Source: Octopus vulgaris
Taxonomy: Eukaryota
NCBI GenBank assembly: GCA_951406725.2
Contig: OX597815.1
Span: 5,704,001 to 5,768,000, forward strand
Length of the DNA: 64,000 bases
Reading direction: 5' to 3'
Part shown: piece after piece, positions 36,973 to 64,000 of the stretch
Layout: every line of letters starts with the position of its first letter
Numbering within the stretch: position 1 is the first letter of the stretch
Program-made: the position numbers and the translations under genes
Notes under the pieces: generated by a model
Told to the model about the DNA's origin: nothing
The model's input: the letters and a program-made list of their open reading frames with translations, nothing else
Database searches by the model: none

Positions 36973-37836
36973 ACTGCTGTACTTGCTGCTGCTGTCTTTT
37001 TTACGGAGAAGTAGTTTAAAGCATTTCTGTCGTCTCAATCTGCGAGGACCACATTTCGAGCATTCAACGACAACAGGAGTCCTCGAAGACAGTTGCTCCC
37101 ATAAATTCTAAAGTAAAATTTAGGATTTATGGAGGGTCAAAGTCGGGACCAAAAACATAACAGTGGAGACATACAAGGAAACCGAAGGAAAAAAGAAAAT
37201 GGCGGGTCGTTTGTTCCTTCGCTCAATAATCTGATTACTCTTTTACTCTTTTACTTGTTTCAGTCATTTGACTGCGGCCATGCTGGAGCACCGCCTTTAG
37301 TCGAGCAAATCGACCCCGGGACTTATTCTTTGTAAGCCCAGTACTTATTCTATCGGTCTCTTTTGCCGAACCACTAAGTAACGGGGACATAAACACACCA
37401 GCATCGGTTGTCAAGCAATGCTAGGGGGACAAACACAGACACACAAACACACAAACACACACATACATATATATATATATACATATATACGACAGGCTTC
37501 TTTCAGTTTCCGTCTACCAAATCCACTCACAAGGCATTGGTCGGCCCGGGGCTATAGCAGAAGACACTTGCCCAAGATGCCACGCAGTGGGACTGAACCC
37601 GCAACCATGTGATTGGTTAGCAAGCTACTTATACTTTCAAAAAAAAAAGAAAAAGAAAAACAACCCGTGAATGGCTTTGTGGAAAGAAGTTCGCTGACCA
37701 GCCACATGGTTCCGGGTTCGGTCCCACTGCGTGACACCTTGGGCGAAAGTCTTCTACTATCGCCTCTGACCGACCAAAGCCTTGTGAATGGATTTTGTAC
37801 GCGGAAACTGAAAGAAGCACGTCATGTGTGTGTGTC

Positions 37837-37887
<51 letters not shown>

Positions 37888-39484
37888 GTGTGTGTGTGTG
37901 TAACCACCGCTTGACAACTGGTGTCTGGTGCTTACGTCCCTGCAACTTAGCGGTTCGGCAAAAGAAACTGATAGAATAAGTACCAAATCTAAAAGGACAA
38001 ACCCATTATTGGAGTTTATTCGTTCAACTAAAATTCTTCATGGCTGTGCCCCAGCATGGCCGCAGTCTAATTACTGAAACAAGCAAAAGATAAAAGATAA
38101 CCAAATTATCATCAAAGCTATAGGACTCAAACTGCTCGGCCATATTAAGCGAATGGTTTGTGGCATCAGCAAGATCTGTTTGACGGGCATGGTTAATGGA
38201 AAGAGAAAGAGTGGTCGGCAGCCTAAGAGATGGACAAATAACGCCACAACATAAACAGGTCTTCACACATTTTCCCTGAACGCTCTCGCCAAAGATCGAA
38301 AACTATGGAGGCAACTATCACGTATTAGTGTGCGTTCTGTCGCAGGTTCAGATAGCGGAAAATAATGAAAGGGTTTACGATAAGGCCCAGATGATACAAG
38401 CAGACGTTTCTTGAAAGAAATGGTACTTGTGTCATAAGAGATGTATAGGGCGGCGAGCTGGCAGAAACGTTAGCACGCCGGGTGAAATGCGTAGCCGTAT
38501 TGCGTCTGCCGCTACGTTCTGAGTTCAAATTCCGCCGAGGTCGACTTTGCCTTTCATCCTTTCGGGGTCGATAAATTAAGTACCAGTTACGCACTGGGGT
38601 CGATGCAATCGACTTAATCTGTTTGTCTGTCCTTGTTTGTCCCCTTGTTTGTCCTTGTTTGCCCTTGTGGGTAGTAAAGAAATATGTATTTCGTCTGCCG
38701 CTACGTTCTGAGTTCAAGTTCCGCCGAGGTCGACTTTGCCTTTCATCCTTTCGGGGTCGATAAATTAAGTACCAGTTACGCACTGGGGTCGATGCAATCG
38801 ACTTAATCCGTGTATCTGTCCTTGTTTGTCTCCTCTGTGTTTAGCCCCTTGTAGGTAGTAAAGAAATAGGTACTTGTGTCATAAGAGATATAACAGAATA
38901 AAAATATTAATAGAAACAATTCTTGACAAAGTGAATCTTTGGTTAGTTACGCATTGCCTAAGGGTTCACCATGTCCTACATGATTTTAATAACATTACTC
39001 CACGAAGTTTCCAAAGCTAGAATAATTTTAGCTGTGTGGTAAGAAGTTTGCTTCCCAAACATATGGTTTCGGGTTCAGTCTCACTGCGTGGAACTTTGGG
39101 CAAGTGTCTTCTATTATAGCCTTGAGCCAACCAAAGCCTTGTGTGTGGATTTGGTAGACGGAAACTGAAAGAAGCCTGTTGTGTATATGTGTGTTCCCCA
39201 CCACCGCTTGACAACCGGTGTTGGCATGTTTAGGTCCCTGGATCGGCAAAGGAGACGGATAGAAGTGCCTGGCTTTAAAAAGTAAGTACAGGTGTCGATT
39301 CGTTTGACTAAACATTCTTGAAGGCGATGCCCCAGCATGGCCGCAGTCCAATGACAGAAACAAGAATGAGATAAAAGGTCTGTTTCTGTTAAGAACTGGT
39401 TTGATCACTCACGACAGGTCTGTGTCGCTGAAACCGCAATAAACCTTTCAGAGAAAATTACAAATGGCGGATTATAAAGATTTA

Positions 39485-39875
39485 TCTTTATATATAAAAG
39501 TGAAGTTGTGTCTGTCTACTCCGATTTAGATTCCTAACTACTCCCACATGTTGCGGTGCAGTTTAACCAAAACCGGGTATCTTATAGTCATGATTCATAT
39601 CGAGCCCTTCTGGGTATTAGCGCGCGTTTACGATGAGTCTACGATTTTAAAAATAATTTACCATCATTTTTTTCCATTTTAATGCATATTTTTTTAAATA
39701 TAAGGGAAGTAACTCTCTAAAAATGTCTACGATGAGTCAACGATTTAAAAAAAATTTACCATAATTTTTTTTCCATTTTTAATGCATTTTTTGCTATTTT
39801 TTGGCTATAACTCTCTAAAAATGCTTTATAGTTATTTCCCTTACAAACCCGAGCAACGCCGGGCGATACTGCTAG
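39485..39875 (+). mobile_element. Non-autonomous Helitron (variant with an internal duplication)
   Basis: A|TC...CTAG|T termini and 3' hairpin; homologous to the 30320 and 46306 copies. Confidence 0.85.
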
Positions 39876-40738
39876 TTAAATATAAATCATTGCTATGTCT
39901 TAGTGTCATGTTCTTGACACTCGTCTTAGAAGATATTTCGTAGCACCAATTCGCTTTGTTACATCGTGTCTTTATGGTCTAACATGATATTATGCTAGCA
40001 CAATACCTATTTCTTTACTACCCACAAGGGGCTAACTACAGAGAGGACAAACAAGGACAGACAAATGGATTAAGTCGATTACATCGACCCCAGTGCGTAA
40101 ATGGTACTTAATTTATCGACCCCGAAAGGATGAAAGGCAAAGTCGACCTCGGCGGAATTTGAACTCAGAACGTAACGGCAGACGAAATACGGCTACGCAT
40201 TTCGCCCGGCGTGCTAACGTTTCTGCCAGCTCGCCGCCTTTTGCTAGCACAATACCATCTTTAAATGATGGACTCTTCTGTCGTAAACGACAGGTGAAGG
40301 TTTTTGCAGTTTCTTGCTGAGCAACCTTTGTCTTAAAGTGGTTGAATGTTTGCGTTGTACATCAGCTCACTCCATCCACCGAATCGACGTTGTCTGTACG
40401 GAGGCACAGTGTGCCTCACGTCAGGTGTTGAAAGGCTCACAGCGCAACATGAAATTAAATGTTTTGCTCAAGAGCACACGACTGCTGCCCCGTCTGGGAA
40501 CTGAAACCACGATCTTGCGGTCTGGAGTGCAACACCTTAACTACTAGACCAGGGAGTCACCAAACTTTTCTCACGGCGGCCCGGATAACTGAGAGAATGT
40601 CGAGCGAGGGCCGCACAACCATTCTGCTCAATACAATACAGTGAATGCAGTTCTATATTTAAGAGATGAGGAACCTTATTTACATTATTTACGTTATTTA
40701 CACTCGACGGATATTTGTCCTCATCTTGTTTGTTGTTA

Positions 40739-40782
40739 ACACAATGTTTCGGCTGATATAAACTCCAGCCTTCATCAGGTGT
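40739..40782 (-). ncRNA. Minimal hammerhead ribozyme motif (Penelope-type)
   Basis: ACAC-CUGAUGA-A-GGCUG-GAGUUUAUAU-CAGCC-GAAAC-AUU-GUGU. Confidence 0.6.
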
Positions 40783-40929
40783 CTTGGGGAAATTTCGATC
40801 CTGGGTTCTCATTCCTAACCTGGGTTCTCATTCACTCCATAATTGCCCACGGGCATATAGCGTAGTGGTTAAGAGCGCGGGCTACTAACCCCAAGATTCC
40901 GAGTTCGATTCCGGAGGGTGAACACTGTC

Positions 40930-41070
40930 ATACCCTGATGTAATCTCCAGGGATACAGGCATCCGGCAGCAGTACCTCCGTAATGCTATGATGGACCGTG
41001 AAGTCTGGCGTAAGATAGTAAAATTCCATTGTCTCGACTACGGTCGAACAATGACGACGATGAAGATGAA
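40930..41070 (+). mobile_element. RTE-like LINE 3' end with a (GAT/GAC)n tail (similar 3' end at 38150-38345)
   Basis: LRNAMMDREVWRKIV resembles the RTE C-terminal DR..WR motif. Confidence 0.55.
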
Positions 41071-41274
41071 GCAAGCCATCTCTCACACTGGAAACTGGAC
41101 TGATTTTCAACCGATGACAATGAAAGGCTTCGATGCAGGTTGTTTCATTTATTTTGTTTCGTGGCCTCCCTCGTATAAAAGATCCTGTTTGTCACAGAAG
41201 GACTGAGGACGATCCAGACTTGCAGATTCATTTACGTCATTAAGTTCAACCTTCTGATTGCCAGGGTACCATGC

Positions 41275-42581
41275 TTGTATGTATGTATGTATGTATGTAT
41301 GTATACATGTATGTATGTATGTATGTATGTTTGTATGTATGTATGTATGTGTGTGTCTGTATGTGTGTATGTATGTATGTATGTATGTATGTATGTATGT
41401 ATGTGTGTGTATGAATGTATGTGTGTGTATGTATGTATGTATGTATGTATGTATGTATGTTTGTATGTATGTGTGTGTGTATGTATGTATGTATGTGTGT
41501 GTGTATGTATGTATGTATGTATGTTTGTATGTATGTATGTATGTATGTATGTATGTGTGTGTATGTATGTATGTATGTATACATGTATGTATGTATGTAT
41601 GTATGTATGTATGTATGAATGTATGTATGTGTGTGTATGAATGTATGTATGTATACATGTATGTATGTATGTATGTATGTATGTATGTATGTGTGTGTAT
41701 GTATGTATGTATGTATACATGTATGTATGTATGTATGTATGTATGTATGTATGTATGTATGTATGTATGTATGTGTGTGTATGAATGTATGTGTGTGTAT
41801 GTATGTATGTATGTATGTATGTATGTATGTATGTATGTATGTATGTATGTATGTATGTATGTATGTATGTATGTATGTATGTATGTATGTATGTGTGTGT
41901 CTGTATGTATGTATGTATGTGTATGTATGTATGTATGTATGTATGTATGTGTGTGTATGTATGTATGTATGTATGTATGTATGTATGTATGTATGTATGT
42001 ATGTATGTATGTATGTATGTATGTATGTGTGTGTATGTATGTATGTATGTATGTATGTATGTATGTGTGTATGTGTGTGTGTATGTGTGTGTATGTATGT
42101 ATGTGTGTATGTATGTATGCATGTATGTATGTATGTATGTATGTATGTATGTATGTATGTATGTATGTATGTATGTATGTATGTATGCGTGTATGTATGT
42201 ATGTATGTATGTATGTATGTGTGTGTATGTATGTATGTATGTATGTTTGTATGTATGTATGTATGTATGTATGTATGTATGTATGTATGTATGTATGTAT
42301 GTATGTATGTATGTATGTGTGTATGTATGTATGTATGTATGTATGTATGTATGTATGTATGTATGTATGTATGTATGTATGTATGTATGTATGTATGTAT
42401 GTATGTATGTATGTATGTATGTATGTATGTATGTATGTATGTATGTATGTATGTATGTATGTGTGTATGTATGTATGTATGTATGTATGTATGTATGTAT
42501 GTATGTATGTTTGTATGTATGTATGTATGTATGTATGTATGTATGTTTGTATGTATGTATGTATGTATCTATGTATGTATG

Positions 42582-42612
<31 letters not shown>

Positions 42613-42845
42613 GTATGTGTGTGTATGTATGCATGTATGTATGTATGTATGTATGTGTGTATGTATGTATGCATGTATGTACGTATGTATGTATGTGTAT
42701 GTATGTATGTATGTATGTATGTATGTATGTATGTATGTATACATGTATGTATGTATGTATGTATGTATACATGTATGTATGTGTATGTATGTATGTATGT
42801 ATGTATGTGTGTGTGTATGTATGTGTATGTATGTATGTATGTATA
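41275..42845. repeat. 1.6-kb (TATG)n microsatellite
   Basis: Direct inspection. Confidence 0.97.
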
Positions 42846-43084
42846 GAATGCTACAGATTGGGGAATTTCTCTCACTGCTGCTTCCAGGAAAACTACAAGA
42901 GCAGTTCTACCATAAATAGCATTAGATTTCTGAAGCATTTGAGACATTTTAGATTCTACATAAATTTGTATTTTACACCATTGTCTTTAATATTTGGTTC
43001 TCTGTGTCGGGCCCAATACCTGCACGTAACGCACGAGAGTCCACAACGTACCCTATATAAGGCCATTATAGATAGATTCCACCT

Positions 43085-43770
43085 ACTTTTGCTCAATCTT
43101 TGCAATCACACACTTACCACTTTTATAGTTCCAAAGATTTGGCACCAATCTCAAATAATCCCAATACCCCAAAAAGGCGATTTATCCCTCGTCACCATCT
43201 ACAGGGATATATCTCTAATGTCAATTGCTGCAAAACTGTACAACAAACTGATTCTAAACCGTCTCGTCCTTTTTGTTGAACCTTTGCTCCGAAAGAACCA
43301 AAATGGATTCAGACACGGGCGCTCAACGTTGAACCAAATACTATGCCTACGCAGACTCACTGAAGAATCAAAAGCATTTAATCGCGATCTTGCAATGGTG
43401 TTTGTAGACTTTTCTAAAGTGTTCGACTCTGTAGATAGGTACAAGATGTTTGAAATCCTAAAGCTCTATGGGATTCCAGACAAAAATCATCTCTGCCATC
43501 AAGGTCCTCTACACAGATACGTCTTCAACCATCTTAACCCCTGATGGGGAAACATCATCTTTCTCAATCAAAGCCGGAATACTGCAGGGAGACACACTCG
43601 CCCCATTTCTCTTCATCATTGTCGTTGACTATGTGCTACGTATGTCAGTTGATACCATTTCTGGTAAGGGCTTTGAAATAAAACCTAGAAAAAATTCCAG
43701 ACATCCAGCTGAACACTTATCAGACACTGACTTTGCTGACGACATCGCTCTTATCAGTGATTCTCTCTCC
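43085..43770 (+). mobile_element. RTE-clade LINE reverse transcriptase fragment (frameshifted)
   Basis: IIPIPQKGDL..YRDISL..AKLYNK..NQNGFR.GRST..QI..LRR..FVDFSKVFDSV, GILQGDTLAPFLF, DFADDIAL. Confidence 0.9.
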
Positions 43771-44852
43771 AATTCTATGGTATCCAATGTCATGATTTGG
43801 TAGTTTTGTACAGCTCCTAAGTTAAGACCATTTCTTGGCTAGAGTTTAATAACAGATAATATATCCACCATTGACCTACATTGTGCACATGGTTATATAC
43901 ACTTCAAAAGACAACATCTGGTTCTGCTTCGTCATTTCCCAGTAACACTTCAATTTTTGAATACTTTCTTTATCGTCTGCTTTATTGATATTTTTGCTAT
44001 CCGTATTTAGCTTCAGTTTTTGTACTTGGAAATTTTATCTTAAAGACGTTAACTGGTTAGCCTTCACACCATTCCTACCTACACCTTCTACATTCACCCT
44101 CACCGCAATACTTACGAGACAAATAAAGTCTTTGTGTTTTTTCAAGGCCAAGATGGCTTCCACTATACACTCTTCCTGCATACATTTCAACATAGATTTC
44201 TATTTTTAAAAAGTAATCAGATAGTTTGTTGATTTTTTTTTTCTTTTAGTATAAACATATTTCTTGCGTCCAGTAGTTGAAAAGATTAATTTTTCAATAT
44301 CCTTTTTCATGTCAACCTTTTACCCATACGACATCGGGTGAAACATTGACAGCACGAATATGGAGGAGGAGGGGGGTCATCGTTTTCAAGTAATTCAACT
44401 TTTATTATTGGCTGCCTTATCTTCAATTCTTCATTAAGCTGTCTTTTATTACTCAATTTCGCAAATATACACCAATAAAAATGTATTAGTAGTTGATATT
44501 AGTGATATTAAGGTAATAAAATACGATATTGTTTAATCTGCTTGTACAAGTGTGTTACCCGTCATACGACGGGTAACGTTGAGAGTACGTTTTTGCCACC
44601 CTGGGTAATGTCGTTAGGAAATATAGCATATTTAGTTTACTTTAAGTTAAGACACCCCTCCCCCCGGGGGTCAGACCCATCCCCTCACAGCTATATTAGA
44701 CATATACCAAAGATGTTAGAACTGATAAAATGTTTTTCGCCAGAAATGAGCCACTCACCAAATGAAATCCGAGCGCAATATTGATAGGTAGTAGCGGTAG
44801 AAGGTGGAAGGAGAGGACAAAGTGATTCAGTAAAGGAGTGTGAATGGACAAA

Positions 44853-45215
44853 AAGTTAGTTAGTTAGTTAGTTAGTTAATTTGGCTCAAAAGCAAATAGC
44901 AAGGCCATGTAGGGGGACATGGAGTTTAGTACAGGGTGGTGTTCATGTAAAGAGTTCAGGCCACTTGAGGTCAAGGGAGGCTTTGAACAAAGCGGTCGTC
45001 GGTATCTTCACTATCTCGTCCGGCAGCTTGTTCCACGGATCCGCAACCCGGACGGAGAAAGCCCCTCTCCTTCGATTGAGATGAAATCGTCGCAGATAGA
45101 GCTTTTCGGAATGACCCCGCAGCCGACGCTCTGGGGCAGGTGTGAAGAACAGCTCTTTCGAGAGGTTACACTTTCCGCTTATGATGTTGTGAGCAAGAAT
45201 GAGATCACCACGGCG
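44853..45215 (-). mobile_element. CR1-type LINE 3' end with a (TAAC)n tail
   Basis: RFHLNRRRGAFSVRVADPWNKLPDEIV...FKASLD. Confidence 0.75.
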
Positions 45216-45453
45216 GCGGATGATAATAAGACGAAGAAACTGTTTGTATTGGACTTGTGGATGTTTTTAACCGACAGGCTGAATAGTTTGTGGACAATAT
45301 CGAAGCAGAGAGGAAAATAAGCGTGGTTTCTAAATACTCTTGTAGGGATCGAACTGGTAACCTCTAAGTTTGTCGGCTTGTATCATTTATTGGTGAAATA
45401 TGTAAAATTGTAAACCAGTGGTGAGTAACTGATAGACTGCTTTACACACACAC

Positions 45454-45572
<119 letters not shown>

Positions 45573-46305
45573 CACCCACTGAACTGTTCCCTTAAGAAAT
45601 ATTTTATCGCAGATATAAGCGGGCAAAAACAGAATACTGCGAGGCTATAAAACAGTGTCTTGGAATTGTGTTTGGTTTTCATTGTGAAGGAGTTTTGTTG
45701 GCAATAAGAAATCCTACACCCTGGTCCCCAAAAAGAAAAGCTGTCATTTGGTAAGATTTTATATCCATATATATACATATACGAAATTTATTAGGTGGAG
45801 TTTCGCCATAGCTGTCTGTACCTCGTAAGAAACGAAAAGAACGCTGAACTGGGTGGCAAGAATATTTTCTTAAGAATTGAACTTTTTAGATAAAAAAAAA
45901 AAAAAATCATTTCAGAATCGTAATCAAAACACGAAGATACTTTCGTAAAGAAATCCTAGTTTCTTGCCATTTTCTTCCGGAATTCTTCTGTTTATTGTTT
46001 TTTAATCTATATAGACAATAATGGAATACTAACGTGCTACAGAAATATTGTCTGGGATATTGTGTTGGTAAATCCAGGCTAAAAGCCTGGCTTTTATATT
46101 AAGAAAATATACTTGATATCGTTTTAAAATCTAACGAATTTGGTAAAACACAAATTTTGTTCTAGATCAGCATTTCCCTACCCTTTGCATTCTCATTTTA
46201 CAACTAGCTATTCAATGCTTAAAAAAATTATATTTTTACAATTAAATATTATAAGGAATTGTATAAAAAGAATTAAATTAGTTTGTGTATTATATAACCA
46301 GTTTA

Positions 46306-46683
46306 TCTTTATATATAAAAGTGAAGTTGTGTGTCTGTCTCCTACGATTTAGATTCCTATCTACTCTCACACTTTGCGGTGCAGTTTAACCAAAACCGGG
46401 TATCTTATAGTCGTGATTCATATCGAGCCCTTCTGGGTATTAGCGCGTGTCTACGATGAGTCTACGATTTAAAAAAAAATTTACCATCATTTTTTTCCAT
46501 TTTAATGCATTTTTTCGCTATTATATAAGGGAAGTAACTCTCTAAAAATGTCTACGATGAGTCAACGATTTAAAAAAAAATTTACCATAATTTTTTTTCC
46601 ATTTTTAATGCATTTTTTTGCTATTTTTTGGCTATAACTCTCTAAAAATGCTTATATAGTTATTTCCCTTACAAACTCGAGCA
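46306..46683 (+). mobile_element. Non-autonomous Helitron, 3'-truncated
   Basis: Homologous to 39485-39875; lacks the terminal CTAG. Confidence 0.8.
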
Positions 46684-48260
46684 AAATAGGGGGCATTAAA
46701 ATGTTCGGACAGATAGACGACACAAAGGCGGACAAGAGAAACAACAATTAGAAGGACAGGCAAAGAAAGAAGGGTCATTCTTGGCTTTCTTTCATCATGT
46801 ATGTGTGTCTATATTCAACGGTCTTCTGCATCCTGACATATAGGCGTCACTACCTGTCCAGTCATACGTTCAAAGAAATTTCCCTTTCTATAGGAACTGC
46901 TGTCACTGACCAACTTCCTGTCTCATCTTGACCAATAGCACCCTATTTTCGAGTAGTCATCGTTGACTTCCTGTATTTCTCCATCCGGTCATCTAAATCT
47001 GGAAGAGATAAGCTTCTGTTAAAAGGCCCGCATGGAGCCAAATGAAATTGTTTTATATTCGTGTGTGTGTGGATAGAATAAATAGATTTTCTTTGCCACC
47101 CATGAAAGGTCGATCATTTCTCTCATGTATCTAACGTGTATCTTTGTATCTTTAAAGCTGACTTTTATAATAAGCACGTGAAGGTCTAAACCTTTTGAAA
47201 ATTTTCTAAAATGACTAACTGTATATTGCGGGGGAACGGAAATTAATAGGTTGACTATGGTCAATTTTATTAAGATCTAAGGCGCTACTAAAGTGGCGAT
47301 CAGGCAGAATCGTTAGAACCTTGGGCAAAAGCTCGGCGACATTTCGTCCGTCTTTACGTTCTGAGTTCAAATGCAACCTAGATAGACTTTGCCTTTCATC
47401 CTTTCTAGGTTGGTAAAATATCAGTTGCACACACACTGGGGTCGATCTACCCGCTCCACCGAAATCGCTGGCCTTGTGCCAAAATTTGAAACCACCCCAC
47501 CTAGCTCTCACCTTCTCCCTCTTCCCTCCTCGCTCTACGCGGCTGTGTGGTAAGAAGTTTGTTTCTCAACCACGGGGTTCCGGGTTCAGTGGGCAAGTGG
47601 CTTCTACTTCTAGCTCAGGAACAATCAAAACCTTGAATGCATTTGGTAGACGGAAACTGAAAGAAGCCCTGTGTGTGTGTGTGTTTGTGTCTCACACCAC
47701 CGCTTCACAACCAGTATTGGTGTGTTTACACTCCTGTAAACACAGCTAGCGGTTCGGAAAAAAAGACCAATATAATAAGTTCCAGACTTTAAAAGAAAAG
47801 TATTGACATTCGATATTGACTTCAAACCTAGACAAATAAGCAAAAAAGATGACAATCGTTAAAAAAACAACAAAAGACCAAGAAATATGAAGGATGGGAA
47901 GAGAAACGTTTTGAGTTCATAACCTTTTATCTGTCTTTTTATATTTTGGACATATTTTATATTCTGTCTTTTTATGCATTATTAAACATTTCAGAATAAG
48001 ATGTAAACAGTAATCGCTCGATAATGTAAAGTATAGAAGCCATCTTGATATGGCTAACCACATAGGGAAAGGGGTGTTACTGTAGCTTTATAGCCCCAGG
48101 AGATCGTCGTCTCCAGCTGGCTTTAGACACCATTTCAGTGCCCTGGACATATTTCGAAACGGCAATAAAATACTTTGTCATTTTCTCGTTGACAGTTCAA
48201 ACCTGAAGGAGAGAACCAGCTTTTATTCGACCTGATTGTCCCCTGGTCTCAGTTCTGAGG

Positions 48261-64000
<15,740 letters not shown>

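Noticed and set aside
41149-43544. Very long ORFs (531-641 aa) of HTYI/MYVC repeats
   Set aside because: Stop-free translation of the (TATG)n microsatellite running into an RTE fragment

Overview
Eukaryotic, AT-rich, repeat-dense genomic DNA. The SINE families and microsatellite load suggest an octopus or other coleoid cephalopod (inference). Most long ORFs in the supplied track are translated microsatellites and are not genes. Two real spliced + strand genes can be assembled by hand from GT-AG sites with consistent phases. (1) A two-exon, 160-aa alpha-crystallin/HSP20-domain protein (22558-22687 + 32877-33229) that unusually has an N-terminal signal peptide and five N-glycosylation sequons. 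(2) The first nine coding exons (48261 to the window end) of an animal fatty-acid-synthase/PKS-like gene. Its ketosynthase keeps the catalytic Cys (DTACSSS) and the second His (KSNLGH) but has Asp in place of the HGTGT His (EADGTGI), plus other motif substitutions, in an intact frame. The rest is tRNA-derived SINEs (one family also forms a tandem array), non-autonomous Helitrons, MITEs, LINE fragments (RTE, CR1-like, Tx1-like, R4/Dong-like), a Penelope RT/GIY-YIG remnant, many Penelope-type minimal hammerhead ribozyme motifs in fold-back repeats, and minisatellites.
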